Assembly (NCBI GenBank): GCA_963775735.1
Contig: CAVZKD010000007.1
Location: 1,242,487-1,306,486 of the forward strand
Source: an uncultured Actinomycetes bacterium
Lineage (GTDB): Bacteria; Actinomycetota; UBA4738; HRBIN12
DNA length: 64,000 nucleotides
Direction: 5' to 3'
Part shown: positions 39,527 through 49,190 of the stretch, piece after piece
Layout of the letters: every line of letters starts with the position of its first letter
Position numbering within the stretch: position 1 is the first letter of the stretch
Program-made: the position numbers and the translations under genes
Notes under the pieces: generated by a model
What the model was told of the DNA's origin: nothing
Databases searched by the model: none
The model's input: only the letters and a program-made list of their open reading frames with translations

Positions 39527-40558
39527 GTGAGCAGAGCCCTGGTCACCGGCATCACCGGGCAGGACGGCTCCTACCTGGCGGAACTGCTCCTCGCGAAGGG
39601 GTACGAGGTCCATGGGATCATCCGGCGAGCGTCGACGTTCAACACCCAGCGGATCGATCACCTGTACCAGGATCCGCACGATCGGGGTGTGTCGCTCTTC
39701 CTGCACTACGGAGACCTCACGGACGGATCGCAACTCGCTCGGCTGATCCGCAAGATCGAGCCCGACGAGATCTACAACCTGGCCGCGCAGAGCCACGTGC
39801 AGGTCTCGTTCGAGCAGCCCGAGTACACGGGCGATGTGATCGGGCTTGGGCGTCACGCGGTTGCTCGAGGCGATCCGGGAGACCGGCGTCCAGACGCGCC
39901 TGTATCAGGCGTCGTCGTCCGAGATGTTCGGCGACGCTCCCCCACCGCAATCGGAGGAGTCGTCTTCCGACCTCGGTCTCCATACGCGATCGCGAAGCTC
40001 TACGGACACTGGATGGTTCGGAACTACCGCGAGGCCTACGGGATGTACACCGTGTCGGGCATCCTGTTCAACCACGAGGGCGAGCGTCGAGGCAAGACGT
40101 TCGTCACTCGCAAGATCAGTCGGGCGGTCGCGCGCATCGCGCTCGGCACGCAGCGGAAGCTGTACCTGGGGAACATCGACGCGAAACGCGACTGGGGTCA
40201 CGCGAAAGATCACGTCGAAGCCATCTACCTGATGCTGCAGCAGGACACGCCGAAGGACTACGTCATCGGCACGGGCGAGGCTCACTCGGTGCGGGAGTTC
40301 TGCGAGCTCGCGTTCTCACACGTCGGGTTGGACTGGGAACGATTCGTGAAGGTCGACCCTCGCTATCTGCGTCCGACCGACGTGGACGAGCTGTGCGCCG
40401 ATCCGTCGCGGGCGATGGCGGACCTCGGCTGGAAACCCAAGGTCTCCTTCGAGGAGCTCGTGCGCGGCATGGTCGACGCCGACCTGGCGGCGGAACGCCT
40501 CGGTTCGATCGAGGGTGGGGCTCCCGCGTCATGGCTCACGGCGGGTCTCGATGGCTGA
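39527..40558 (+). CDS. gmd: GDP-mannose 4,6-dehydratase (two compensating 1-nt frameshifts at ~39845 and ~39965)
   Basis: GTG 39527 with gaagg [22 protein letters not shown]; HYGDLTD. Segment [37 protein letters not shown] (catalytic S/E region) is in track ORF 39846..40232, a different frame. Flanks [14 protein letters not shown] and [16 protein letters not shown] are in the main frame. Confidence 0.85.
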   Translation: MSRALVTGITGQDGSYLAELLLAKGYEVHGIIRRASTFNTQRIDHLYQDPHDRGVSLFLHYGDLTDGSQLARLIRKIEPDEIYNLAAQSHVQVSFEQPEYTGDVIGLGRHAVARGDPGDRRPDAPVSGVVVRDVRRRSPTAIGGVVFRPRSPYAIAKLYGHWMVRNYREAYGMYTVSGILFNHEGERRGKTFVTRKISRAVARIALGTQRKLYLGNIDAKRDWGHAKDHVEAIYLMLQQDTPKDYVIGTGEAHSVREFCELAFSHVGLDWERFVKVDPRYLRPTDVDELCADPSRAMADLGWKPKVSFEELVRGMVDADLAAERLGSIEGGAPASWLTAGLDG

Positions 40559-41507
40559 CCTGCGGGGCAAGCGTGTCTGGGTCGCGGGGCACCGCGGGTT
40601 GGTGGGCTCCGCCCTCGTCCGGCGGCTGGAGCGGGAACCGATCGACACGCTGATCACGGCGGGCTCCGATGAGGTCGATCTTCGCCGACAGAGCGAGACC
40701 GAGGCGTTCGTGGAGGCGACGAAGCCCGACGTCGTGATCGTCGCCGCCGCAGTGGTCGGGGGGATCCAGGCCAACCGGACGGCACAGGGCCGGTTCCTCT
40801 ACGACAACCTGATGATCTCGGCCAACGTCATCGAGGCTGCGCGTCGTTATGGCGTCGAGCAGCTGGTGGCCCTCGGCTCATCGTGCATCTACCCGCGCGA
40901 GGCGCCACAGCCGATGGCGGAGTCCTCGCTGCTCACGGGCCCCCTGGAACCGACGAACGAGGGGTATGCGATCGCGAAGATCGCCGCGCTCGAGATGACG
41001 AAGATGTATCGGCGTCAGTACGGCATGAACGCCATCTCCCTCATGCCGACCAACCTGTACGGGCCGGGCGACAACTTCGACCCGGAGACGTCACACGTCC
41101 TGGCATCCCTCCTGCGAAGGATCCACGAGGCCGACGTCTCCGGTGCCCCCACGGTCGAGGTGTGGGGCTCGGGTACCCCCCGACGTGAGTTCCTCCACGT
41201 CGACGATCTTGCCGACGCCACCGTCTTCGCGATCCAGCACTACGAGGGCGAGCAACACCTGAACGTCGGAACCGGGCAGGACATCTCGGTCCGAGACCTC
41301 GCCGCCCTGATCGCCGACGTGGTCGGATGGAGCGGGCGGTTCGTGTTCAACACCGCGATGCCGGACGGGACGCCCCGCAAGCTGCTCGATGTGAGCGCCC
41401 TTCGGCGACTGGGATGGCCCGGAGCTTCGATCGGACTGCATGCGGGCGTGCGAGCCACGTACGAATGGTTCCTCGCTCACGAGGCCGAGGCGATCGCCTC
41501 CCGGTAG
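40551..41507 (+). CDS. fcl: GDP-L-fucose synthase (GDP-4-keto-6-deoxy-D-mannose 3,5-epimerase/4-reductase)
   Basis: ATG 40551 overlaps the gmd 3' end by 8 nt. [15 protein letters not shown]; YAIAK catalytic YxxxK; CIYP. Confidence 0.9.
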   Translation: MADLRGKRVWVAGHRGLVGSALVRRLEREPIDTLITAGSDEVDLRRQSETEAFVEATKPDVVIVAAAVVGGIQANRTAQGRFLYDNLMISANVIEAARRYGVEQLVALGSSCIYPREAPQPMAESSLLTGPLEPTNEGYAIAKIAALEMTKMYRRQYGMNAISLMPTNLYGPGDNFDPETSHVLASLLRRIHEADVSGAPTVEVWGSGTPRREFLHVDDLADATVFAIQHYEGEQHLNVGTGQDISVRDLAALIADVVGWSGRFVFNTAMPDGTPRKLLDVSALRRLGWPGASIGLHAGVRATYEWFLAHEAEAIASR

Positions 41508-42625
41508 GCCGACTCCAGGTGTTGGAGCCCACGTTCGGGCGAGTGGCGTTGCTCCCACAGTTCCCGCGCGGCCGACCCAAGCCGGATCGACTCGTCGTCG
41601 TCACCGAGCCGTTCCAGCGCCGACTGCCATCGCTCGATATCCCGCGGTGGGATCAGGAGTCCGGTCGTGTCGTGATGGACGGCCTCCTCGAGTGAGCCGA
41701 TCCTGCTGGCCAGCACCGGCACGCCGGCGGCGTAGGCCTCGATGATGCTGCGGGGAGACCCCTCGTACCACACGGACGGCAGCACCAGCGCGCGGGCATG
41801 TGCCAGCAGCGAGGGCACCTGCCGTTCGTCGACGGGACCGATGAACTCGACGTTGTCGGGCGCCGTGCGGCGAAGCTCGGCCGATCGCGGCCCGTCCCCC
41901 GCAACGACGAGCCGTCCGAACGACGGCTTCCATGCCGCCAGCAGCGTCGAGACCCCCTTCTCGGGCGAGAGTCGCCCCAGATACAGGAAGCGGTCGCCGG
42001 CGCCGGCGCGTAGTTGGATCGGCCACGAGAAGTTGGGCTTGACGAGTATCCGGCCGGCGGGGATGCGGCCCTCGACATGCTTGTTCCTGATGAACTGGCT
42101 GACGGCGAGGAAGCGTCGAACGCCGGAGAGGCTTCCGAGGGCGCGCTGCGCCTCCAATGAGATCGCCAGGGAGGCGCTTCCGAGCGCCGAACCCCGGTAG
42201 CAGCGGTAGCGGACGCCCCGCCACGGCGCGTGTCCAAGGCATTCCTCGCACACCTTGCCGTCGCGCAGGAACGTCGCGGGCAGACAGAGCAGGCGGTAGT
42301 TGTGCAGGGTCATCACGGTCGGGGCCTGGGCGGCGGCGACGCGAACGGCGGCCGGCGACAACATCGGGAAGAGGTTGTGGAGATGGACGACGTCGGGGTG
42401 ATCGGTCTCGATGAGCGCTCGGACCTTCGAGACGGCGCGTGCAGACCAGATGGCTTCCACCCCCGCGCGCACACGCGACCCGAGCCCTTCACCGTCCGGC
42501 GATGGGGACCACACACGCACGTCGTGGCCTCCACGCTCGAGCAGGCGCGCCTCGTCCTCGACGACTCGGTTCTCGCCGGAGGCAGATCCGGACAGGTACC
42601 TCGAGTGGAGGATCAGGACCCGCAC
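41477..42625 (-). CDS. glycosyltransferase family 4
   Basis: GTG ~42625 (alternative ATG ~42787). C-terminal GT4 EX7E-type motif region (SVWYEGSPRSIIEAYAAGVPVLASRIGSLEE). Converges on and overlaps the fcl 3' end. Confidence 0.8.
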   Translation of the reverse strand: MRVLILHSRYLSGSASGENRVVEDEARLLERGGHDVRVWSPSPDGEGLGSRVRAGVEAIWSARAVSKVRALIETDHPDVVHLHNLFPMLSPAAVRVAAAQAPTVMTLHNYRLLCLPATFLRDGKVCEECLGHAPWRGVRYRCYRGSALGSASLAISLEAQRALGSLSGVRRFLAVSQFIRNKHVEGRIPAGRILVKPNFSWPIQLRAGAGDRFLYLGRLSPEKGVSTLLAAWKPSFGRLVVAGDGPRSAELRRTAPDNVEFIGPVDERQVPSLLAHARALVLPSVWYEGSPRSIIEAYAAGVPVLASRIGSLEEAVHHDTTGLLIPPRDIERWQSALERLGDDDESIRLGSAARELWEQRHSPERGLQHLESAYREAIASAS

Positions 42626-43383
42626 GGTGGGGTGCTCGAAGACCGGGGTCGATCCGCGGGTCGTGTGAGCTCGTCGAACAGGACCCCCGCGACGAACCGG
42701 GGGTTGCCCAAGACGTACCTGCGCCACAGGCGTCGAGGATCCGTCTTCAGTCGGTACGCCCACTCGAGTCCGAGCCCGCTCACCCATCGGGGGGCCCTCG
42801 CGACGGATCCGGAGACGAAGTCGAAGGCCGCGCCCACGCAGAGGATCACGGGTGCGGCCCGCATCCGCTGCAACCGATCGGCGATCAGATCTTGCTTCGG
42901 CGTCCCGAGCCCCACCCATACCGCCTGCGCATCGACCGCGCGCATGCGGCCGACGACGGCTCGGAGCTCCTCATCCCCGAGGTCCCGGAACGGAGGTGAC
43001 TCCGCCCCCGCGATCGCGATCCCCGGCCGGGCGGACTCGAGCTTCGTACGCAGCGCGAGCAGCGTCTCGGGTGTTCCACCGAACAAGTAGTGGCGGAGCC
43101 CCCTCCCCAGGCCCCAGCCGGTCACGATGCGCATCGCATCGGAGCCCGTGAGACGCCCGGTCCTGGATCCGTGCAGCCGGCATACCAACGCCACCGAGGC
43201 TCCGTCCGGGAGGTTGAGACGCCCTCGGTTCAGGACCTCGCGATACGAGCGATCGCGACGCGCGAGGACGGTCGGGTGGGCGGGGATGAAATGCACCACG
43301 TGGCTCTGTCCACAGGCGAGGAAGTCCGACAGCGTGTCCAGCAGCTCGCGGTGATCGATCGGATCGATCCGGACGGTGTTCAC
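42613..43383 (-). CDS. WecB/TagA/CpsF-family glycosyltransferase
   Basis: GTG ~43383. LPDGASVAL...GTPETLL...VWVGLGTPKQD...GVGAAFDFVSG...LEWAYRL match the WecG/TagA family consensus. Confidence 0.8.
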   Translation of the reverse strand: MNTVRIDPIDHRELLDTLSDFLACGQSHVVHFIPAHPTVLARRDRSYREVLNRGRLNLPDGASVALVCRLHGSRTGRLTGSDAMRIVTGWGLGRGLRHYLFGGTPETLLALRTKLESARPGIAIAGAESPPFRDLGDEELRAVVGRMRAVDAQAVWVGLGTPKQDLIADRLQRMRAAPVILCVGAAFDFVSGSVARAPRWVSGLGLEWAYRLKTDPRRLWRRYVLGNPRFVAGVLFDELTRPADRPRSSSTPPCGS

Positions 43384-43591
43384 GACGGGTCGGTGCGGGA
43401 CCGGGTCACACGTGTGGCCGTCGGCCTCGCCCGGCTCGCCGGCATCGGTCACGATCCCTGTTCGCCGGTTCCTGCGCGTGTGTGCCCCCAACGACGGCCC
43501 TGGGTCCCGGAAACGCACGCTAACAGTCGACTCGGCATCCGGGCAACGGCCGGGACCTGTCGACGACGCGGTTCGTTGGGACCATGGCAGG

Positions 43592-44464
43592 ATGGCATCC
43601 TTCGAACGTCAGGGCGTGAGCGTCCTGACACCCTCGCGCGGGTACGCGCACTTCATCCGAGACGCCTTGTCGAGCGTCCAACTCCAGTCGCGTGTCTCCG
43701 TGGAGCACATCGTGCAGGACGGGGCGTCCACGGACGGCACCATCGCCGTCCTGGAGGAGTTCGGAGATCGCGTCCGATGGCGCTCCGAGCCGGATGGTGG
43801 GCAGTCGGACGCCTTGAACAGGGCCCTCTCGCACACGACCAAGGGATGGATCGCGTGGCTCAACGCGGACGAGTTCTACCTGCCGGACGGTCTCGCCGTG
43901 CTCGCCGAGGCCGCTGCGAGGACCGGTGCTGACGTCGTCTACGGTGATTGCGTCTTCGTGGACCAGGATGGACGCGTCACCCGCCTCCTCGCCGCCCACG
44001 ATTTCGACGCGACGGTGCTGGATCGCTACGGCTGCTTCATCAAGACCTGCGCCGCCTTGTTCCGCCGAAGCGCGTTGCCGGATCGCCCCTGGGACGAGCG
44101 CCTGCGGATGACCATGGACTGGGAGCTCTTCCTGCACCTGGCCGCTGCGGGCGCGCGATTCCATCACGTTCGCTATCCGGTCGGAGCGTTCCGCGCGCAC
44201 GCAGGCAGGGTGACGGCGGCGCGGGCGGGTATCGACGATGAATATGCCCTGCTGCGACAGGCGTACGCAGCCGGCGGGGGCGGCCGTTGGATCGGGGTGG
44301 GCCTCCATCGGCTGCACAAGCTGACGCAGGGCGCGTACCGCAGGGAATGGCGGGCTCGGAGATCGTCCGGCGCGGACCTCAGGTGGTTCCGGCCGGACGT
44401 GGGAGCAACGGCCTGGGAAGCGTTCCTCGAGCGATGCTACGGGCGAGCGGCGTCGATCCGCTGA
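43592..44464 (+). CDS. glycosyltransferase family 2
   Basis: ATG 43592 (MASFERQGVSVLTPSRGYAHFIRDALSSV). DGASTDGT and WLNADEF (DxD-type) motifs. Confidence 0.8.
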   Translation: MASFERQGVSVLTPSRGYAHFIRDALSSVQLQSRVSVEHIVQDGASTDGTIAVLEEFGDRVRWRSEPDGGQSDALNRALSHTTKGWIAWLNADEFYLPDGLAVLAEAAARTGADVVYGDCVFVDQDGRVTRLLAAHDFDATVLDRYGCFIKTCAALFRRSALPDRPWDERLRMTMDWELFLHLAAAGARFHHVRYPVGAFRAHAGRVTAARAGIDDEYALLRQAYAAGGGGRWIGVGLHRLHKLTQGAYRREWRARRSSGADLRWFRPDVGATAWEAFLERCYGRAASIR

Positions 44465-44538
44465 TGCGGCTCTCCTGAGTCCCCGGATCGACGCGACCCG
44501 TCGGATGTCGCCGCGAGGCGCGATCGATCGGCCCTCCG

Positions 44539-45531
44539 TCATGCACCGTCGGCGTCCGGCTCCGTCGGTGCGGCTTCCGTCGAGGTCCGCCCGCCCGATC
44601 CTCGACCTTGCCCCGCGGGGATCCTGGATGCGAGGCGGCGAACCCGGCGCAGCAGCTCTCGCGGGCCCCGCATCCAGCCGAACCAACCTTGCAGCTTCGC
44701 CCGCGCGATCGCCGCTGTATCGCTGTCGACGATCTCGAGTCGACCCCACGAGAACGGACTCGTCCGCGTATCGACCAGCTCGATCTCGGTGCTGAGACCA
44801 CAGGTCACACCCGCGCGCTTCGCGGCGTCGATCAGGGCCTCGTCGACGAACCCGGCTCGAACGCTCCCGAACGGGAAGGAGAAGCCCCGATCGCCCTTGC
44901 CGAGACGCCGGTTCAGCACCGACACGGACCGCCGGAGATCGCGGAAGAGATCGTCCGACCTGCGCTTGAAGTTCGCGTGCGAATGGGTGTGGGAACCGAA
45001 CTCCACGAGCCCCGAGGCTTCCATCTCCTTGATCTCGGTCCACGACAACGGACGCCACGCGTCTTCCGGCACCGCATCGCGGTAACACCGCCCCCAACGA
45101 TCGAACGGGAAGGGATCGGGGTCACCGATGAAGGCGGTGGTCAAGAACACCGTCGCCGGAACGCCGAGTTCCTTCAGCACGGGGAATGCATGGAGGTACA
45201 CGCTCGCGAAGCCATCATCGAACGTGACCGCGGCAACCCGCCCTGGGAGCGGGCTGCCATCCGACGCATGTGCGATGAGGTCTCGGAGTGGCCAGAAGCG
45301 ATACCCAGCGCGGATCAACCCCTCGAGCTGTTCGCGGAACCGTCCGGGTCCGACGTTCAGGCTCCGGCGCGGGGGTGCCCCGAACGACGGCGAAACCGAG
45401 TGGTAGAGGAGGATGCCCGCCCGCCCCCGAGCGTTCGACCCGAGCACGAAGGCGAGGACCAGAGCGATCCGGCCACCCACCCACTTGACGGCACTCGTCA
45501 GGGCCTCGGCGAGGCCAGCGGGGTCGTTCAT
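44539..45531 (-). CDS. polysaccharide deacetylase (NodB-homology domain)
   Basis: ATG ~45531 (alternative 45564). TM then VTFDDGF...HTHSH (NodB metal-binding D-D and H-H motifs). Confidence 0.8.
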   Translation of the reverse strand: MNDPAGLAEALTSAVKWVGGRIALVLAFVLGSNARGRAGILLYHSVSPSFGAPPRRSLNVGPGRFREQLEGLIRAGYRFWPLRDLIAHASDGSPLPGRVAAVTFDDGFASVYLHAFPVLKELGVPATVFLTTAFIGDPDPFPFDRWGRCYRDAVPEDAWRPLSWTEIKEMEASGLVEFGSHTHSHANFKRRSDDLFRDLRRSVSVLNRRLGKGDRGFSFPFGSVRAGFVDEALIDAAKRAGVTCGLSTEIELVDTRTSPFSWGRLEIVDSDTAAIARAKLQGWFGWMRGPRELLRRVRRLASRIPAGQGRGSGGRTSTEAAPTEPDADGA

Positions 45532-45710
45532 GGCGAAGGTGCGGCCGATGGGAGCACGACGCATATGTGGGGGGCAAACGCTGCCTTCGGATTCTCGCAG
45601 ACCCTCCCCCTTTCCGCTGAACGGCCTACCGCGGAGTCCGCAGGGCATGAGGGGATCCTCAGGCGTTAGCATCGGATGGGTCCGCATCGAATCCACCCCG
45701 ACGGAGGCGC

Positions 45711-47957
45711 ATGGACACCACACCCTCAACGGGGGCAACCACACTTCCCCTCGACGAAGCGCTGCCGATCCTCGAGCTGCTCGGTGAGCGCGTCGCCATC
45801 CTGCATCCGCCACGGGTCCGGGGCGGCACGATCGGAGGAGGCGATCTCGACTGTGCCGTCTCCAGCCTGGACGCGATGTGGCCACTTCGCCTCCCCGAGG
45901 GTTGGGCCCTCTGCCAGCGGCTGCACTACGACAGCACGGGTTGGTATTGGGTGCTGGATCGCCATGGGAACGTCCTTGCGGTCGACACGCTCGAGGACCC
46001 CCACGGCATCGGCCGGCACGGTTTCCCCTCGACGCTCGCGTTCGGTGATCCCCCCCATCTCGTGGCTCCGGCAACCGCCCGTGCGGCCTACCTGACCGCC
46101 AAGCGCCTCGACAAGGGCTCGAGGGCTCCCGCCCAATGGAGCCACATCGGACGGCTCGCGCAACAGGATCACCAGGACTATCGGATGGCCCTCGCCGAGG
46201 TGATCGGCCGCGACGTGTCCGATGCGGTTGCGCGGTACGCCGAGCAGGGCCTGCCTCCACCACCAGCGATCTGGCACCGCGCCCGTCGCGCGCAGATCGT
46301 GCGTCGGGTCCGAACCCCGACACGGGCCATCGAGCTCCTCGCACGGAGCAGCGGCCGGATCGCGGAACGAACGCTCCGACCGACGGGCCTGAGCGTCCTC
46401 ATCGTCGGTCCGGATGGGGCCGGGAAGTCCACGCTGGCCGGAGACCTTCCAGAGGTGTGCCGAGGGCTCTTCCGGCGCGTGTTGCGCCTCCACTGGCGCC
46501 CGGGGCTGCTGCCACGGCCGGGCTCCCTCGTCGCGCGACCCGGCGGTGCCGCGGATCCGTCACAGCCGCATGCACGTCCACCCCATGGGAGGGCCGTCTC
46601 GCTTGCCCTGCTCGCCTATTACTGGCTGGACTGGTTCGTCGGGGGATGGACCATGCTGCGCTTCGTACAGGCTCGGACCGGCCTCGTCGTGATCGAACGC
46701 GGATGGTGGGACGTGGCCGTGGACCCCGGCCGATACCGGCTGAACGTCGCGCCGGCCGCCGTGAACCTCCTCGGGAGGTTCCTGCCGAGCCCCGACCTGG
46801 CGATCGTGCTCGATGTCCCGGCCGCCGTGGCGGCCGAACGCAAAGGTGAGCTGCCGCCGACCGAGGTCGACCGGCAGACACGAGCTTGGCGCACGGCCTT
46901 GCCGAGCACCCTCAACTCGGTCCATCTGGACGCCTCGCGTCCTGCAGACGAATCGGCCGACGCGGCAAGGAACGAGATCGTGCGGGCGCTCTCGGCTCGC
47001 GCACATCGAAGGCTGGGAGCCGGCTGGATCCCTCTCCCGAGCCGCTCGAGCCCACGTTGGCTCTTCCCGCGCGGACCCCGCGACGCCGTCCGTGACAGCC
47101 TGCTGCTGTACCAACCCGTCACGGTTCGGGCGCGGATCGGTTGGGAGATGGCTCGCGTGCTCGGCTCGATCGGAGGGTTCCGGCTCCTGCCCCGGGGCGC
47201 GCCTCCAGGTCCGAACCTGCGGCGAGCGCTCGGCCCTCACCTGCCTCGTCACGCCTCGCTGGCGCTGGCCCGCGCCAACCACCCGGGGCGGTCGGTGGCG
47301 CTCGTGCGGGCGCCGGGCGCGATCCCGAAGATCATCAAGCTCGCCTCCGATGAGCGCGGGCGGAGCGCCCTCTCGAGAGAGGCGCGAGCATTGGAAACGA
47401 TCGCCCGGGACCTCCCCTCACCCTTGGTGGCCCCGATACTCCTCCACCACGAGCCGGGGATGCTGGTCGAGCGCGCCATCCGGTGGCAGCCCAGGACCCG
47501 CCCGTGGCTCATGCCCAAAGAGGTCGCGTTCGCCCTCGGTGCCTTCTTCGCCCGCGGAGCGAGCGAGCACCTGGGGGCGTTGACCGGCCCCGCGCACGGC
47601 GACTGCGCGCCCTGGAACCTCCTTCGATCGGGCGACGTCTGGGTGCTCGTCGACTGGGAGGACGCGCGAGAGCAGGCACCACCGTTCTTCGATCTCCTGC
47701 ATTTCCTGGTGCAGTCGCACGCGCTCCTGGGACGACCCTCCGGCGACGCGATCGTCGAGGGCGTGAAGGGACGCGGGTGGATCGCAGCACTCGTCCGTGC
47801 GTATGCCGCCGGCGCGGCCATCGACGCGAACGAGGCAGCGTCCCACCTCGTCGCCTACCTGGAGGAGAGCGGTGGCCCGCCTCCATCGAAGCAGACGGCC
47901 TCCGAACGCACCGCCGCGCGAGCCAGGGGGCGGCTCCTGTCGGCGTTGCAGCCGTGA
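45711..47957 (+). CDS. tri-domain protein: Pol-beta-like nucleotidyltransferase N-domain, central P-loop NTPase/kinase-like domain and C-terminal APH/choline-kinase-like phosphotransferase domain
   Basis: ATG 45711 with GGAGG RBS. RVRGGTIGGGDLDCAV = hG[GS]...DhD minimal-nucleotidyltransferase motif. LIVGPDGAGKSTLAGDL Walker A. HGDCAPWNLL...VLVDWEDA = HGDxxxxN...D Brenner/APH catalytic motifs. Confidence 0.6.
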   Translation: MDTTPSTGATTLPLDEALPILELLGERVAILHPPRVRGGTIGGGDLDCAVSSLDAMWPLRLPEGWALCQRLHYDSTGWYWVLDRHGNVLAVDTLEDPHGIGRHGFPSTLAFGDPPHLVAPATARAAYLTAKRLDKGSRAPAQWSHIGRLAQQDHQDYRMALAEVIGRDVSDAVARYAEQGLPPPPAIWHRARRAQIVRRVRTPTRAIELLARSSGRIAERTLRPTGLSVLIVGPDGAGKSTLAGDLPEVCRGLFRRVLRLHWRPGLLPRPGSLVARPGGAADPSQPHARPPHGRAVSLALLAYYWLDWFVGGWTMLRFVQARTGLVVIERGWWDVAVDPGRYRLNVAPAAVNLLGRFLPSPDLAIVLDVPAAVAAERKGELPPTEVDRQTRAWRTALPSTLNSVHLDASRPADESADAARNEIVRALSARAHRRLGAGWIPLPSRSSPRWLFPRGPRDAVRDSLLLYQPVTVRARIGWEMARVLGSIGGFRLLPRGAPPGPNLRRALGPHLPRHASLALARANHPGRSVALVRAPGAIPKIIKLASDERGRSALSREARALETIARDLPSPLVAPILLHHEPGMLVERAIRWQPRTRPWLMPKEVAFALGAFFARGASEHLGALTGPAHGDCAPWNLLRSGDVWVLVDWEDAREQAPPFFDLLHFLVQSHALLGRPSGDAIVEGVKGRGWIAALVRAYAAGAAIDANEAASHLVAYLEESGGPPPSKQTASERTAARARGRLLSALQP

Positions 47958-49183
47958 GCGATCGCCGGATCCTGGCCTTCGCGTACGCCTGCGAACCGGA
48001 GGGGGGGTCCGAACCCGGAGCCGGATGGGCGTGGTCGCGCATCCTGGCTGGTCTCGGCGAGACCTGGGTGGTGACGAGGGCGAACAACCGCACGGCTATC
48101 GAGGCGCGCCTGGAGTCGATCCCGGAGCGGGATCGACTCCATTTCGTCTACGTGGACCTCCCGTCGTGGGCTCGGTTCTGGAAGCGGGGGCATCGAGGGA
48201 TCCGTCTGTACTACATGCTGTGGCAGGCGGCGGCGCTCCGTTCCGCTCGCCGACTGCACGAACAACATCGATTCGATCTCGTCTGGCACCTCACCCTCGC
48301 CAACGCGTGGCTCGGTTCGGCCGCGTCATTGGTGGGACCGCCGTTCGTCTACGGTCCCGTCGGCGGAGGGATCGGCCTCCACTGGCGCCTGCTCCCCGCC
48401 CTCGGCGTTCGAGGAACCGCCTACGAGCTCGCGCGAACGGCGGCTCGTCTCGGCAGCCGGTACCTCAACCCGGTCGCGCGCCTGTCGTGGCGGCGATCTC
48501 GCTGCATCCTGGTCCAGAACCCCGAGACCCGCGATTGGCTCCCCGCACGCTACCGAGGCAGGGCACGCATCGTTCCGAACGTCGCCTTCGAGGACCCCGT
48601 GGCCACCGGGCACTCCCCGGGGCGACCTCTGCGGGACGCGCCGACCGCGATGTATGCGGGCCGGCTCCTCCCGCTGAAGGGCGTCGCCCTGGCGATCCGC
48701 GCCATGGTCTGGCTTCCCGGTTGGCGGCTGACGATCTGCGGGAGCGGCTGGGACGAGTCCCGGCTCCGTGAGATCGCCGAGCGATCGGGCGTGGGCGATC
48801 GCGTTCGGTTCCTCGGCCGCGTGTCTCGGACGGACGTCGTGCAACGCATGTCCGACCACACGGACGTGTTCTTGTTCCCGAGCCTCCACGACGAGGGCCC
48901 ATGGGCCGTCGCCGAGGCGCTCGCGTCCGGCCTGCCCGTTGTCTCCTTGGACACCGGGGGGCCGATCGTGCTCGGGAGCACCGGCGTGGAGATCGGGTGG
49001 CCGTCGGAGACGGTGCGGCGGCTGGCCGACGCGGTGATCCAGGCGGTCCCGCCGAACGATCCCCCGCGCTTCGATCTGGCGTCGCGGAGGGACGAGGTCA
49101 TCTCGGTCCTCGACGAGGCGGGCATCGACGTCGGGATCGGTTCGGATGTGGACGCGCCCCACGGGACATCCGCGTCGATCTGA
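47954..49183 (+). CDS. glycosyltransferase family 4
   Basis: GTG 47954 overlapping the upstream stop (GTGA). FPSLHDEGPWAVAEALASGLPVV = GT4 E..E motif region. Confidence 0.8.
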   Translation: MSDRRILAFAYACEPEGGSEPGAGWAWSRILAGLGETWVVTRANNRTAIEARLESIPERDRLHFVYVDLPSWARFWKRGHRGIRLYYMLWQAAALRSARRLHEQHRFDLVWHLTLANAWLGSAASLVGPPFVYGPVGGGIGLHWRLLPALGVRGTAYELARTAARLGSRYLNPVARLSWRRSRCILVQNPETRDWLPARYRGRARIVPNVAFEDPVATGHSPGRPLRDAPTAMYAGRLLPLKGVALAIRAMVWLPGWRLTICGSGWDESRLREIAERSGVGDRVRFLGRVSRTDVVQRMSDHTDVFLFPSLHDEGPWAVAEALASGLPVVSLDTGGPIVLGSTGVEIGWPSETVRRLADAVIQAVPPNDPPRFDLASRRDEVISVLDEAGIDVGIGSDVDAPHGTSASI

Positions 49184-49190
49184 CGGCCCG

